Below are positions 36,915 to 45,253 of a stretch of DNA of 64,000 nt, one piece after another. The stretch comes from a virus. Its lineage: Duplodnaviria > Caudoviricetes. How positions within the stretch are numbered: position 1 is the stretch's first letter; every line of letters begins with the position of its first letter. The stretch lies in IMG/VR virus record IMGVR_UViG_3300045391_005708, positions 1 through 64,000 of that record. One strand, 5' to 3'. The translations under genes and the position numbers were made by a program. The notes under the pieces are model-generated. The model saw only the letters and a program-made list of their open reading frames with translations, searched no databases and was not told where the DNA came from.

Positions 36915-37819
36915 ATCGTCACCGTGTCGGTCAGCGTCAAGTTGTCGCCGGACGCCGAGAGGGTGGCGGTCGGGCTGACCAGGGTCTCGAAGACCATGTT
37001 GCCCACCGAGGCCGCGTCGAAGATCCCGCGCTTGCCGATGGTCACGGGCAGGCTGTCGGAGCCGTTGGCGGTGAAGACGGTCGTGATGGTGTACGAGGCC
37101 GCGCCGGTCGTGTGAGCCGGGGTGCCCGCCTTGCGGACCAGGCCGCCGCCGCCTGTGACGATCTCGCCGGTCAGGGTGGTGTCTCCCGCGGCCGGGGCGG
37201 TGACGTTGGCCGTGAGGGCGACCCACTTGCCGACCGCCGTCGCGCTGGCGGACCCCGCCATCTGGTTGTACTGGAAGTCGTTGCCCGCGTTGGTCTTCAG
37301 GAGCAGCATCGCCAGTCGGCAGAGGGCCGGGACCAGGAGCATGAAGGCCAGGAGGGTCGGGAGGAACGTCGCGGGGTTGTCCGAGCCGCCGCCGCCGCCG
37401 CCGCCGCCGCCCTTGGCCTCCTCGGGCCGGTACCCGTAGTGGGCCTCCTTGGGCCACTCGACCGCGGGGTGCCCCTCGGGCTCCTCCAGGTCGCGGACCT
37501 CGATGCCGCCGAACGCCTCGGCCAGGACCGCGGCCAGGGCCTCGGAGTCGCTGGCCACCCAGGCGGGCTTGGCCGTCTTGTGGATCGCCTCGCGGACGAC
37601 GGTGCTGCCGTCCGGCGCCACCTGCTCGCCCTCCACGCCGACCGCGTGGTAGGCCCAGACGCCCTGGGGGTCCAGGACGGTCTTGATCATGTCGGTCAGG
37701 GGCGTGCCCGGCGGGAAGTCGACCACCGTGGCGCGCTTCCCCTTGGGCAGCGCCTCGTACGTCGCGCCGTGGTCGACGCTGTGGATCGCGTGGCGGTTGC
37801 CCAGCACCACTCGGGTCAT
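36911..37819 (-). CDS. Two-domain structural protein (Gly-run linker, fibre-base-like C-terminus)
   Basis: 302 aa after the major tail gene; GGGGGGGG linker; VALT.....P..GDTTL.GEI. Confidence 0.65.
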   Translation of the reverse strand: MTRVVLGNRHAIHSVDHGATYEALPKGKRATVVDFPPGTPLTDMIKTVLDPQGVWAYHAVGVEGEQVAPDGSTVVREAIHKTAKPAWVASDSEALAAVLAEAFGGIEVRDLEEPEGHPAVEWPKEAHYGYRPEEAKGGGGGGGGGSDNPATFLPTLLAFMLLVPALCRLAMLLLKTNAGNDFQYNQMAGSASATAVGKWVALTANVTAPAAGDTTLTGEIVTGGGGLVRKAGTPAHTTGAASYTITTVFTANGSDSLPVTIGKRGIFDAASVGNMVFETLVSPTATLSASGDNLTLTDTVTM

Positions 37820-37854
37820 GGCTGGATCTCCTCTGTCTCGTTACTCTGTTCCAG

Positions 37855-37888
37855 GCCCGGGTCCCCAAGGTGGGTAGGGGACCCGGGC
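37855..37888 (-). terminator. Hairpin after the major tail gene
   Basis: 12-bp stem GCCCGGGTCCCC / GGGGACCCGGGC. Confidence 0.55.
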
Positions 37889-37896
37889 GAGGTCTG

Positions 37897-38589
37897 TCAT
37901 GGGGCGAACGCCCGGCACCCGCACGCCGCGGCGGGCGGCGCCACCCCGGTCTGGAGGATCAGCAGGGGCTCGGTCGGCAAGATCGCCTCGGGCAACTTGA
38001 CCGCCGTCCCGGCCGCGTTGTTCCAGACGTTGTGGACGCCGAAGCCCCAGGCGTTGCCGGACACGGTGTAGGCGCCGGTCATCGAGAACGACACGGCGTT
38101 CTCGCTGTCGACCGTGAGGTCGCCCAGCACGCCCGCGTTGACGCACGGGAGGGTGAGCAGGCCGCTGGCCTCGACCCAGCCCAGGCCGGTCGGCGCCGCG
38201 CTGGCGATGCCGGTCCAGACCTCCAGGCCGAATCGGTTGGTCACGGTGCCCTCGTAGGCCGTGGCCCCGATGACGTTGCCGAGCCCGTCGCCGAACGCCG
38301 TCATGTTGGTCATGAAGGACAGCAGGTCGGGGTCGACGCCGCAGAACTCCATCTCCAGCGTGAACCGCTTGAAGGAGTCCGGCGCCTTCACGTTGACGCA
38401 CAGGGCGCCCGACGCCTTCTTGACGATGACCTCGACGCCGTCCTCTACCTCGCTGGACAGCGACAGGCTGATGAACCCGTCCGTGACGATCTCGGCGCAG
38501 GACCCACCCGTGACGGGGCGGCACAGCGAGTCCATCTGGGACACGCGGATGCGCTTGCCGAAGATCGGCGTGAAGCACTGCGTAGCCAT
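37897..38589 (-). CDS. Major tail protein
   Basis: G..IRV..MD...P.......TDGFISL.....E.G.E...K.A.G..C. Confidence 0.8.
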   Translation of the reverse strand: MATQCFTPIFGKRIRVSQMDSLCRPVTGGSCAEIVTDGFISLSLSSEVEDGVEVIVKKASGALCVNVKAPDSFKRFTLEMEFCGVDPDLLSFMTNMTAFGDGLGNVIGATAYEGTVTNRFGLEVWTGIASAAPTGLGWVEASGLLTLPCVNAGVLGDLTVDSENAVSFSMTGAYTVSGNAWGFGVHNVWNNAAGTAVKLPEAILPTEPLLILQTGVAPPAAACGCRAFAP

Positions 38590-38608
38590 TCCTACTTCCT
38601 CTCCTCGG

Positions 38609-39436
38609 TCATGCGATCTTCATCCTGACGGCCGCGACCCCACACGGGTCGAAGGCGACCACGTAGTCGCGGTTCGCGACTGCGTACAGGTCGTTGTGGC
38701 TGTAGTCGAAGCCCCCGGCGGAGACCTCGTTCTGCGCCGACCCGGTGTAGACCTCGCCCCGGTAGCCGAACATGGCCGGGGACGCGAAGGCCCACGTCTC
38801 GCCCGGGGTCGGCTGGGCGCCGCCCGGCGAGGTCTTGGGGTAGCCGCCGCCCGCCGAGACGGGGGTGCCGATGTTGGTGAACAGGCGCGCGCCCCTGGCC
38901 TCGATCGCCCCGTTGGAGGACGAGAGGCTGGCCGCGCCGCGGTCCAGGTGGAGGACGCCGAGGCTGCCGTAGTTCCGGCCGAGCCAGTCCTCCAGGGCGG
39001 CCAGCGCGTAGGCCGGGGCCAGGGAACCCGACGCGGGGGTGATGTCGGTCGCCTGGGCGGCCATGCGCTGCCAGGCCATGTACTCCGCCTGGCCCTGCTC
39101 GCGGCCGAGCAGGTGGGCGACGGCCCTCTCCTGGCCCATCGCCAGGCGCTGCCCGCCCGCGGGGGTGCCGCAGCGGTACGCGCCCTGGACCGTGAACCGC
39201 TCCGCCGAGCCGGTGCCCGGGGGAGCGGCGTACTTCTGCTGGAAGCCCTGCATCTTGACGCAGTCGGGGTCGTCGATCGCCGAGGCGGGCTGGCACGTGA
39301 CCGGCTCCCACTCGACCCCGTTCGCCCAGTGCGGGTCGGTGCTGTCCCGCCAGTCGACCACGGTGAACAGCCCGAAGGGGAGGGGCTGGCGCGGCGCGCC
39401 CTCGACCACCAACGGGGGCCCGTACCCACCTGCCAT
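38609..39436 (-). CDS. Major capsid pentamer-type protein
   Basis: P....P.GLF......HW.NGVEW..C, ends AN.DYVV.FDPC; follows the hexamer-type MCP. Confidence 0.7.
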   Translation of the reverse strand: MAGGYGPPLVVEGAPRQPLPFGLFTVVDWRDSTDPHWANGVEWEPVTCQPASAIDDPDCVKMQGFQQKYAAPPGTGSAERFTVQGAYRCGTPAGGQRLAMGQERAVAHLLGREQGQAEYMAWQRMAAQATDITPASGSLAPAYALAALEDWLGRNYGSLGVLHLDRGAASLSSSNGAIEARGARLFTNIGTPVSAGGGYPKTSPGGAQPTPGETWAFASPAMFGYRGEVYTGSAQNEVSAGGFDYSHNDLYAVANRDYVVAFDPCGVAAVRMKIA

Positions 39437-39476
39437 GTCCTCTGCCCTCTCGCTCTCTAGTGCCTTGGTCGGCGTG

Positions 39477-39521
39477 CCCCGGGGCGGGGGCGGGAAGGCT
39501 CACACCCTCCCCGCCCCGGGG
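39477..39521 (-). terminator. Hairpin after the major capsid gene
   Basis: 13-bp stem CCCCGGGGCGGGG / CCCCGCCCCGGGG. Confidence 0.55.
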
Positions 39522-39527
39522 TCCGGC

Positions 39528-41291
39528 TCAGGAACCGGCGCCGGTCGCGGTGCCGTTCCGGAGGATGTCGACGCCGATGTGCGTCGAGCCGTCCGGGTTG
39601 AGGCCCACGTTGACGACACGGGAGTCGTTCATCCGCTTGGCCACGAGGAACGGGTCCTCGGTGAACAGCGCGGTGAAGTCGTTCGTGCCGAGGAGGACCG
39701 AGTCGTAGATGTTCTCGAACATGATGCTGTCCGTGACACCCTGGACGAAGGTCCCGGCCGCGTAGAGCAGGAAGGACACGCCGGTCGGCGCGGCGGTGAA
39801 GCCGGACGCCGGGGTGGTGGCGATGTCCTGCCAGTCGACCACGTACTGCGGGTTGACGTTGCGCTGGGCGAACCAGCCGCTGATGCGGGCGTCGGACACG
39901 TCGAGGAGGTCGACGCCGGACCGGCGGGCGAGGTCCATGCGGAGGACGCCCTTCACCCAGTTCGGCAGCACGATCTCCAGCGTCTTGTCGTCCGCGGTGC
40001 GGTTGATCGCCCGGTAGTGCATGGCCTGCAGGTCGATTGCGCTGAGGAGCGGCGCGACGGCCCCGGCCTGGGCGGCGGGCATGGTCACGGCGGTGGACTG
40101 GGTGACCATGCTGTTGATCACCGACGCGCTCTTGCGGTGCGCGTGGGCGTTCAGCGTCTTGGCCACGTAGTCCTCGATGACCTCCGGGTAGCCCCTCTGC
40201 TGGAGCAGGCCCGCGCCGATCGCGACGCCGCAGTAGCCCAGCCGGACCTCCTGGAAGCCCGGGCAGGGGACGCGGGTCACGGGCTTGGTGCCGCCGCCCG
40301 CGCCGTTGTAGTTGCCCGCCTGGTCCTGGGCCTCGGTGTAGCAGAAGCCGGTCGAGGCGAAGACCGCCGAGTAGTCCGGGCCGATGGTGAACCGGATGCC
40401 GCCGCGGTTGATCTGGATCTCGGGGATCGAGACCAGGTTCTCCGCCTCGGTGATGTTCACCAGGTCGTACACGGTCTGGGACGGGGCGCACCAGCCGCCG
40501 GAGGCCACGAGGCTCCCGCCGGGCAGGTTCCTCTCGTCCGTCGCGTACTTCATGGCGTCGGCCGGGTCCTCGTCCTTGACGACGGCGCGCTCGTCGAACT
40601 CGCGCGGGATGCGGGCGATGGTGAACCGCTCCGACTCCCGCACGCCGCGGGCGCGGGCGCCCTCGTACGAGGAGGCGTTGAAGCCGTTCAGGCGGCTGTT
40701 GATCGCCTTGGCCATGTCCATCGTCGTCATCTTGTCGCCGACGTTGTAGCCCATCGCGCCCTGGGCCGCGAGGGCGACCGACGTGGGCCTGTCGCCCTCG
40801 TCCTCCGCCTCCGGCGCGGGGCGCTGGCTGGCCAGCGCGCCCAGGTCGATCTGGATCGGCGCGCGCCGCTTCGACAGCGAGGACGTGTCCGCCGCGTCGG
40901 CGTCGCCGCCCTCCTTGTCGGGCTCCACGCCCTCGGCCTGGGGCTCGTCGCCGTCCGGCTCCGAGTCGGCGCCGTCGCCGTCGCCGGTCGGGTCGTCCTC
41001 GGTCCCGGTCTGGGCCGAGAGCACCTTGTCGGCGATCTCCTTGGCGCGGTTGCTGCGGGACAGGGCGGCCGCGTCGCGGTTCCCGGCCTCGCCGCGGAGG
41101 GCGTCGATCCCCTCCGCCAGGGCGGCCATCGCGTCCAGGGCCTCGTCGGACGGCGCGGAGCCGTCCTCCGGCTGCATCGCCTGGAAGGCGGTGACGGCCT
41201 GGTCGTGGAGGGCCTGCAGGTCCTCGTCGGAGAGCCCGGTCAGGTCCTCCGGGATCTCGATCTTGTTGTCCTTGGTCTGCGAGCGAGGCAT
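39528..41291 (-). CDS. Major capsid (hexamer-type) protein with N-terminal scaffold-like extension
   Basis: Acidic helical N-terminus; SLVASGGWCAPSQTVYDL; P.I.I.RGGIRF. Confidence 0.88.
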   Translation of the reverse strand: MPRSQTKDNKIEIPEDLTGLSDEDLQALHDQAVTAFQAMQPEDGSAPSDEALDAMAALAEGIDALRGEAGNRDAAALSRSNRAKEIADKVLSAQTGTEDDPTGDGDGADSEPDGDEPQAEGVEPDKEGGDADAADTSSLSKRRAPIQIDLGALASQRPAPEAEDEGDRPTSVALAAQGAMGYNVGDKMTTMDMAKAINSRLNGFNASSYEGARARGVRESERFTIARIPREFDERAVVKDEDPADAMKYATDERNLPGGSLVASGGWCAPSQTVYDLVNITEAENLVSIPEIQINRGGIRFTIGPDYSAVFASTGFCYTEAQDQAGNYNGAGGGTKPVTRVPCPGFQEVRLGYCGVAIGAGLLQQRGYPEVIEDYVAKTLNAHAHRKSASVINSMVTQSTAVTMPAAQAGAVAPLLSAIDLQAMHYRAINRTADDKTLEIVLPNWVKGVLRMDLARRSGVDLLDVSDARISGWFAQRNVNPQYVVDWQDIATTPASGFTAAPTGVSFLLYAAGTFVQGVTDSIMFENIYDSVLLGTNDFTALFTEDPFLVAKRMNDSRVVNVGLNPDGSTHIGVDILRNGTATGAGS

Positions 41292-41327
41292 CGCTGGTGT
41301 CCTCTCGAAGTCAGCCTCACGTGGCAG

Positions 41328-41372
41328 CCCGGCACATACACCAGCGGCTCTGTCTGTTCCGTATCATACCCC
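41328..41372 (-). promoter_or_regulatory. GGGG-TATGAT promoter plus conserved 22-nt leader element (MCP)
   Basis: + strand CCCGGCACATACACCAGCGGCT at 41328-41349, identical to 44969-44990; ATCATACCCC at 41363-41372. Confidence 0.7.
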
Positions 41373-44300
41373 GGCCGCGGCCGAGGCCCTGCGCGCGAAC
41401 CTGCCGGTCCGCAGCCCGCGCCGCCCGAGCCACTGCCGCACGTACATGCGGGTGGCGAACGGCGGGGGCTCGGTGGAGCCCTGGAGGCTCTGCTCCAGCG
41501 CCCCCAGGTGGTTGAACATGTCGTCCAGCGCCGTGCCGACCGCGTTGGCCGCCTCGTCGCTGAACTCGCCGTTGTCGGCGGCCGCCATGAGAGTGCCCTC
41601 CAGGTTGGTGAGCCCGCTCTTGGCGGAGTCCAGGTCCCGCTTGTCGTAGTTGCCCTCGTCGACCCCGGAGGTCAGGGCGTCCAGGGCGTCCCTGAAGTTG
41701 CCCAGGTCCTGCCCGATCTTGTCGGAGGTCGTCGGGTCGACCTCGCCCTCCGTCGCGTCCATGAGCGTCTGCTCCAACTTGGACGCGGTGTCGGAGGACT
41801 GCCTGGCCAGCCTCTGCTGCTGGCTTCCCTCGCCCGGCGGGTTGGCGTCGACCGGGGGCGGCCCGGGCCTGCTCGGGGGAGACTCCCCGGCCGCGGGCGG
41901 CAGGCCCCCGCCCTGGCCGCGGGCGTCGGCCACGGCCCTCGACGCGGGGGTGCCCTTGGAGATCGCGGACGACGCCGCCTTCCTCTCCTCGGGGCTCATG
42001 CTCTCCCACTCCGCCTGGCTCACGCCGTCCGGCGCCTTCCCGGCGTCGGCCGCCCCGCCGCCGCCGGGCGCCGCCTCGGCCGGGGCGTCGCCGACGCCCT
42101 TGACGTAGATGTCGTTGTCGCCCCCGCCGAGCATCGTCTCCGGGTCGTCCAGGCCGTCGCCGACCTTGTAGGGGAACGTGTTCTCGTCCAGGCCGGGGCC
42201 GATCTCGGTGATGCGCCACCCGCCCTCGGCCGACGAGTCCTTGACGAAGTTGACGTTCAGGGGTTCCTGGCCGGTGACGACCTCCGTGCCCTCGGGCAGC
42301 GCGTTCAGGACCGCCTGGGCCTGGTCGTCGTGGTTCTGACTGTCGCCCGCCATCTCGTTGGGGTCCTGGACCCATCCGGTCTTGACCACGTGGTCCGCCA
42401 CGGCGGGGTCGAGCCCCGCCTTCCCCAGCGCGTCCGCCAGGCCCGGGCCCGAGTCGGGGGTCTTGGGCGCGTCGCCGCCGGAGATGCCGTGCTCCAGAGC
42501 GTCGATGAGTCCCTGGGCCGCCTCCCGGTCCTTCGGGTTGGTGAGGTACCCGGCCGCGTTCTTGAGTCGGCTGACGGCCTCCTGGCGCACCTGGTCCGAG
42601 GTCTTGCCTCCTTCGGGGCCGAGGGCGCGCTCGTTGGACACGTCGGCCAGGATGTCCTCGAACGGCTGGGGGTCCACGCTCGGGGAGAGGTCGTCGTCGA
42701 TGAGCGTCTGGAGCCCGCCCTCGACCTCCCCGACCCCCATGTCGTACTGGTTCTCGTCCTCCCCCGTGCCCTTGGGCGCGTCGCCGACGACGCCCTTGTC
42801 GCCGCCGCCCACGTCCCCGGCGTCCTTGCCCGCCGGTCCCTCCGCGTCGGCGCCGGGCAGGTCGCCGCCCGGGCCGCCGATGTCCCCCTGGCCCAGGAGG
42901 GACAGGTCGCTGTTCTTCACGGTGTCGACGGCGCCCCGCGCGGAGTCCAACTTGGCCCCGATGTCCGAGGCCGTCTTCTCGTCCAGGGCGCCGCTGTCGG
43001 CGAGGTCCTGGAGTTGGGCCTCGGTCTTCGACAGGGCCTCGTCGGCCGCGTTGGCGGCCGCCTTGGCGGCGTTTCCGTCGCCCCCGCGGAGCGAGTCGGA
43101 GGCGTCCTCTGCGGCCGTGACCGCGTCCTCGACGGACGACCCGATCGCGGACGCCTTGTCGCTGTCGACGCTGGCCGAGTCGAACGCGCTCATGAGGGCG
43201 GACTCCAGGTCCTTGACCCCCGAGTCGGGCATGTCGACCCACTGCCCGGCGTCGGGGTTGCCCTTCGGCACGCGCCACTGGTCGGGGTTGTAGGCGAGGG
43301 TCCCGAGGCCCCTCACGTACTCCCGGGTGCGGCGGACCTTGGCCCACGCCGCGGCCCGCTCCACCCGCGCCGCCAGGGCGGCCGCAGCCTCGCGGCGGTC
43401 CATCTCGCGGAAGCGCTCGCGCAGGGCGAGCAGGGAGTCCTCGTCCGAGAGGTCGACGGTCGTCCTGACCGGCGCCATGACCATGCCGCTGGCCACCAGG
43501 CTCTCGATCCCGCCGGACGCGACCAGGGCGCGGGTGCGGGGCACGGGGAAGCCCGGCACGTTGACGCACAGGGCGCCGACGAGTTCGAGGCGGCCCTGGA
43601 CCTTGCGCCAGTCGCCCGAGACGGGGGCGGCCCGGAGCGCCACCAGGTCGGCGTCCGGCCGGGCCGCCCCCGCGACCCAGATGCCGTGGGAGTCCTCACC
43701 GGCCACCACGTCGGCCCCGGCCAGGCCGGTGTGCTCGTAGTGGTAGATCGCGTCGGTGCTCGACAGCCGCTGGCCCGCGTGCAGGGTGTTCATGGTGATC
43801 TTGCCGGTCGCGACCTCGCCCTTGTCGGTGCGGGTCAGGCCGGTGCGGAAGTACGCGTAGTTGCTGGGCGAGGACGGCGGGCTCGTGCAGACGCCGTGGC
43901 CCTCCGGGCTGGCGATGTGGCACGTGCCCCAGAGGGCGATGTGGCCGTACACCCGGCCGTCGTCCTCCACGGTGAGGCCGGTCGGCTCGCCCAGGCCCGG
44001 GTTGGCGAACCACTCCCTGCGGGGGAGCGCCGGGGCGGCGCTGGCCGTCAGGCCGAAGTCCTCGGACTCCGCGGCGGTCGCGTGGGCGCGGGCCTTCTTC
44101 TCCTCCCACTCGGCCACGTCGGAGCACGCCTGGGCGCGGCTGGCCGCGTTGACCTGCTGGACCCCGGGGAAGTTCACGTCGCCGGTCGCGCACATCTTCT
44201 TGACGACGTTGACGGAGGTCGCGATCGCGTGGCTCTCGTCCATGCCCTTCTCCATCAGGTGCTTGTGGATGCGCTTGATGTAGCCGGGCAGGCCGCCCAC

Positions 44301-44942
44301 GTCCTCGACCCAGTTGAACTCGTCGCTGGCCAGCGTGTCCACGTCATAGAGGTCCAGGTCGAACTGCTCCGGCTGGCTCGTGGCGATGCGGGCTCCCTCG
44401 AACGCCGGGATCGCGACCTGGGTGGCGGCGCGGACGCGGCCCTCCAGGATCTTCATGCTCATGTTGCCGGGCTCGTCCGGCTCCTCGACGAGGATGTCGT
44501 CCAGGTCCATCGACACGCCGGGGGTCAGGTCCTCGTCCACCTGGCGGTACGCCTCGCGGCCGTACTCGCTGCCCAGGTCGCTGGAGCCGGAGCCCCAGAT
44601 GACCGTGGCGTCCTTGAACGACTCGGGCATCGGGTCCTTGCCGTTCCTGGCCAGGCGCTCGTTGGCCTCGTCGTAGTCGATGCGCTCGATGTCCTCGACC
44701 TTGCCGACGACGACGGCGCCGTCGTGGGCGCCCACGTCCTTCTCGACCCAGCGCAGCGGGATCGGCAGGGAGTCCCAGCGCAGCGCGCCCTTCTCGATGT
44801 ACCGGCCGTCGCCGGTCGCCATGCCCTCCAGGCCGATCGGCCCCTCCCAGTGCGCCTTCTGGGTGCCGGTCGTCTCGGGCACCACGTCGGCGTCCGCCGC
44901 CGCGAGGCGGCCGTGCTGGCAGGGCAGGCACTCCGTGGTCAT
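41364..44942 (-). CDS. Capsid maturation protease with large C-terminal extension
   Basis: N-terminal prohead protease (TGDGR, GAHDGA, GVSMDLDD, GRVRAAT.V.IPAF); further conserved domains; ~640-aa acidic tail. Confidence 0.8.
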   Translation of the reverse strand: MTTECLPCQHGRLAAADADVVPETTGTQKAHWEGPIGLEGMATGDGRYIEKGALRWDSLPIPLRWVEKDVGAHDGAVVVGKVEDIERIDYDEANERLARNGKDPMPESFKDATVIWGSGSSDLGSEYGREAYRQVDEDLTPGVSMDLDDILVEEPDEPGNMSMKILEGRVRAATQVAIPAFEGARIATSQPEQFDLDLYDVDTLASDEFNWVEDVGGLPGYIKRIHKHLMEKGMDESHAIATSVNVVKKMCATGDVNFPGVQQVNAASRAQACSDVAEWEEKKARAHATAAESEDFGLTASAAPALPRREWFANPGLGEPTGLTVEDDGRVYGHIALWGTCHIASPEGHGVCTSPPSSPSNYAYFRTGLTRTDKGEVATGKITMNTLHAGQRLSSTDAIYHYEHTGLAGADVVAGEDSHGIWVAGAARPDADLVALRAAPVSGDWRKVQGRLELVGALCVNVPGFPVPRTRALVASGGIESLVASGMVMAPVRTTVDLSDEDSLLALRERFREMDRREAAAALAARVERAAAWAKVRRTREYVRGLGTLAYNPDQWRVPKGNPDAGQWVDMPDSGVKDLESALMSAFDSASVDSDKASAIGSSVEDAVTAAEDASDSLRGGDGNAAKAAANAADEALSKTEAQLQDLADSGALDEKTASDIGAKLDSARGAVDTVKNSDLSLLGQGDIGGPGGDLPGADAEGPAGKDAGDVGGGDKGVVGDAPKGTGEDENQYDMGVGEVEGGLQTLIDDDLSPSVDPQPFEDILADVSNERALGPEGGKTSDQVRQEAVSRLKNAAGYLTNPKDREAAQGLIDALEHGISGGDAPKTPDSGPGLADALGKAGLDPAVADHVVKTGWVQDPNEMAGDSQNHDDQAQAVLNALPEGTEVVTGQEPLNVNFVKDSSAEGGWRITEIGPGLDENTFPYKVGDGLDDPETMLGGGDNDIYVKGVGDAPAEAAPGGGGAADAGKAPDGVSQAEWESMSPEERKAASSAISKGTPASRAVADARGQGGGLPPAAGESPPSRPGPPPVDANPPGEGSQQQRLARQSSDTASKLEQTLMDATEGEVDPTTSDKIGQDLGNFRDALDALTSGVDEGNYDKRDLDSAKSGLTNLEGTLMAAADNGEFSDEAANAVGTALDDMFNHLGALEQSLQGSTEPPPFATRMYVRQWLGRRGLRTGRFARRASAAAGV

Positions 44943-44968
44943 GTGCGGGGTCCTCTCGTCGCAGGAGG

Positions 44969-45008
44969 CCCGGCACATACACCAGCGGCTACGCGCCCAT
45001 CATACCCC
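44969..45008 (-). promoter_or_regulatory. GGGG-TATGAT promoter plus conserved 22-nt leader element (protease)
   Basis: Second copy of the 22-mer; ATCATACCCC at 44999-45008. Confidence 0.7.
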
Positions 45009-45022
45009 TCGGGGGCTTCCGG

Positions 45023-45253
45023 TCAGGAGCCGACGTCCTCTGTCTGGTACAGGTGCTGCAGGAAGTCGCTCGGCGTACCGGCGTCGTCCCACTGAAGGTC
45101 CACCTGCCCCCCGCGGTCCGCGATGTCCCGCATCTCCTGGACCAGGGTGTCGTAGAGGGCGCCCTCCTCGTCGCCCTGGACGACGGCCTCCTTGGGCTTG
45201 CCGAGTGAGGCCGCCCGGGCCAGCGCGTCCACCCTGTCGGTCGCCACGGTCAC
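45023..45253 (-). CDS. Small acidic protein (76 aa), candidate zeta antitoxin
   Basis: GTGA overlap with the stop of the zeta-domain gene. Confidence 0.6.
   Translation of the reverse strand: MTVATDRVDALARAASLGKPKEAVVQGDEEGALYDTLVQEMRDIADRGGQVDLQWDDAGTPSDFLQHLYQTEDVGS

Noticed and set aside
37380-37415. (GCC)n microsatellite as a phase-variation tract
   Set aside because: An in-frame triplet run encoding a poly-Gly linker; length changes would not shift the frame.
39039-45095. 2018-aa + strand ORF, and similar giant ORFs such as 48540-53531, 25491-29948, 21577-24807 and 6189-8327
   Set aside because: Antisense shadows of real genes caused by high GC3 codon bias; no motifs and no RBS.
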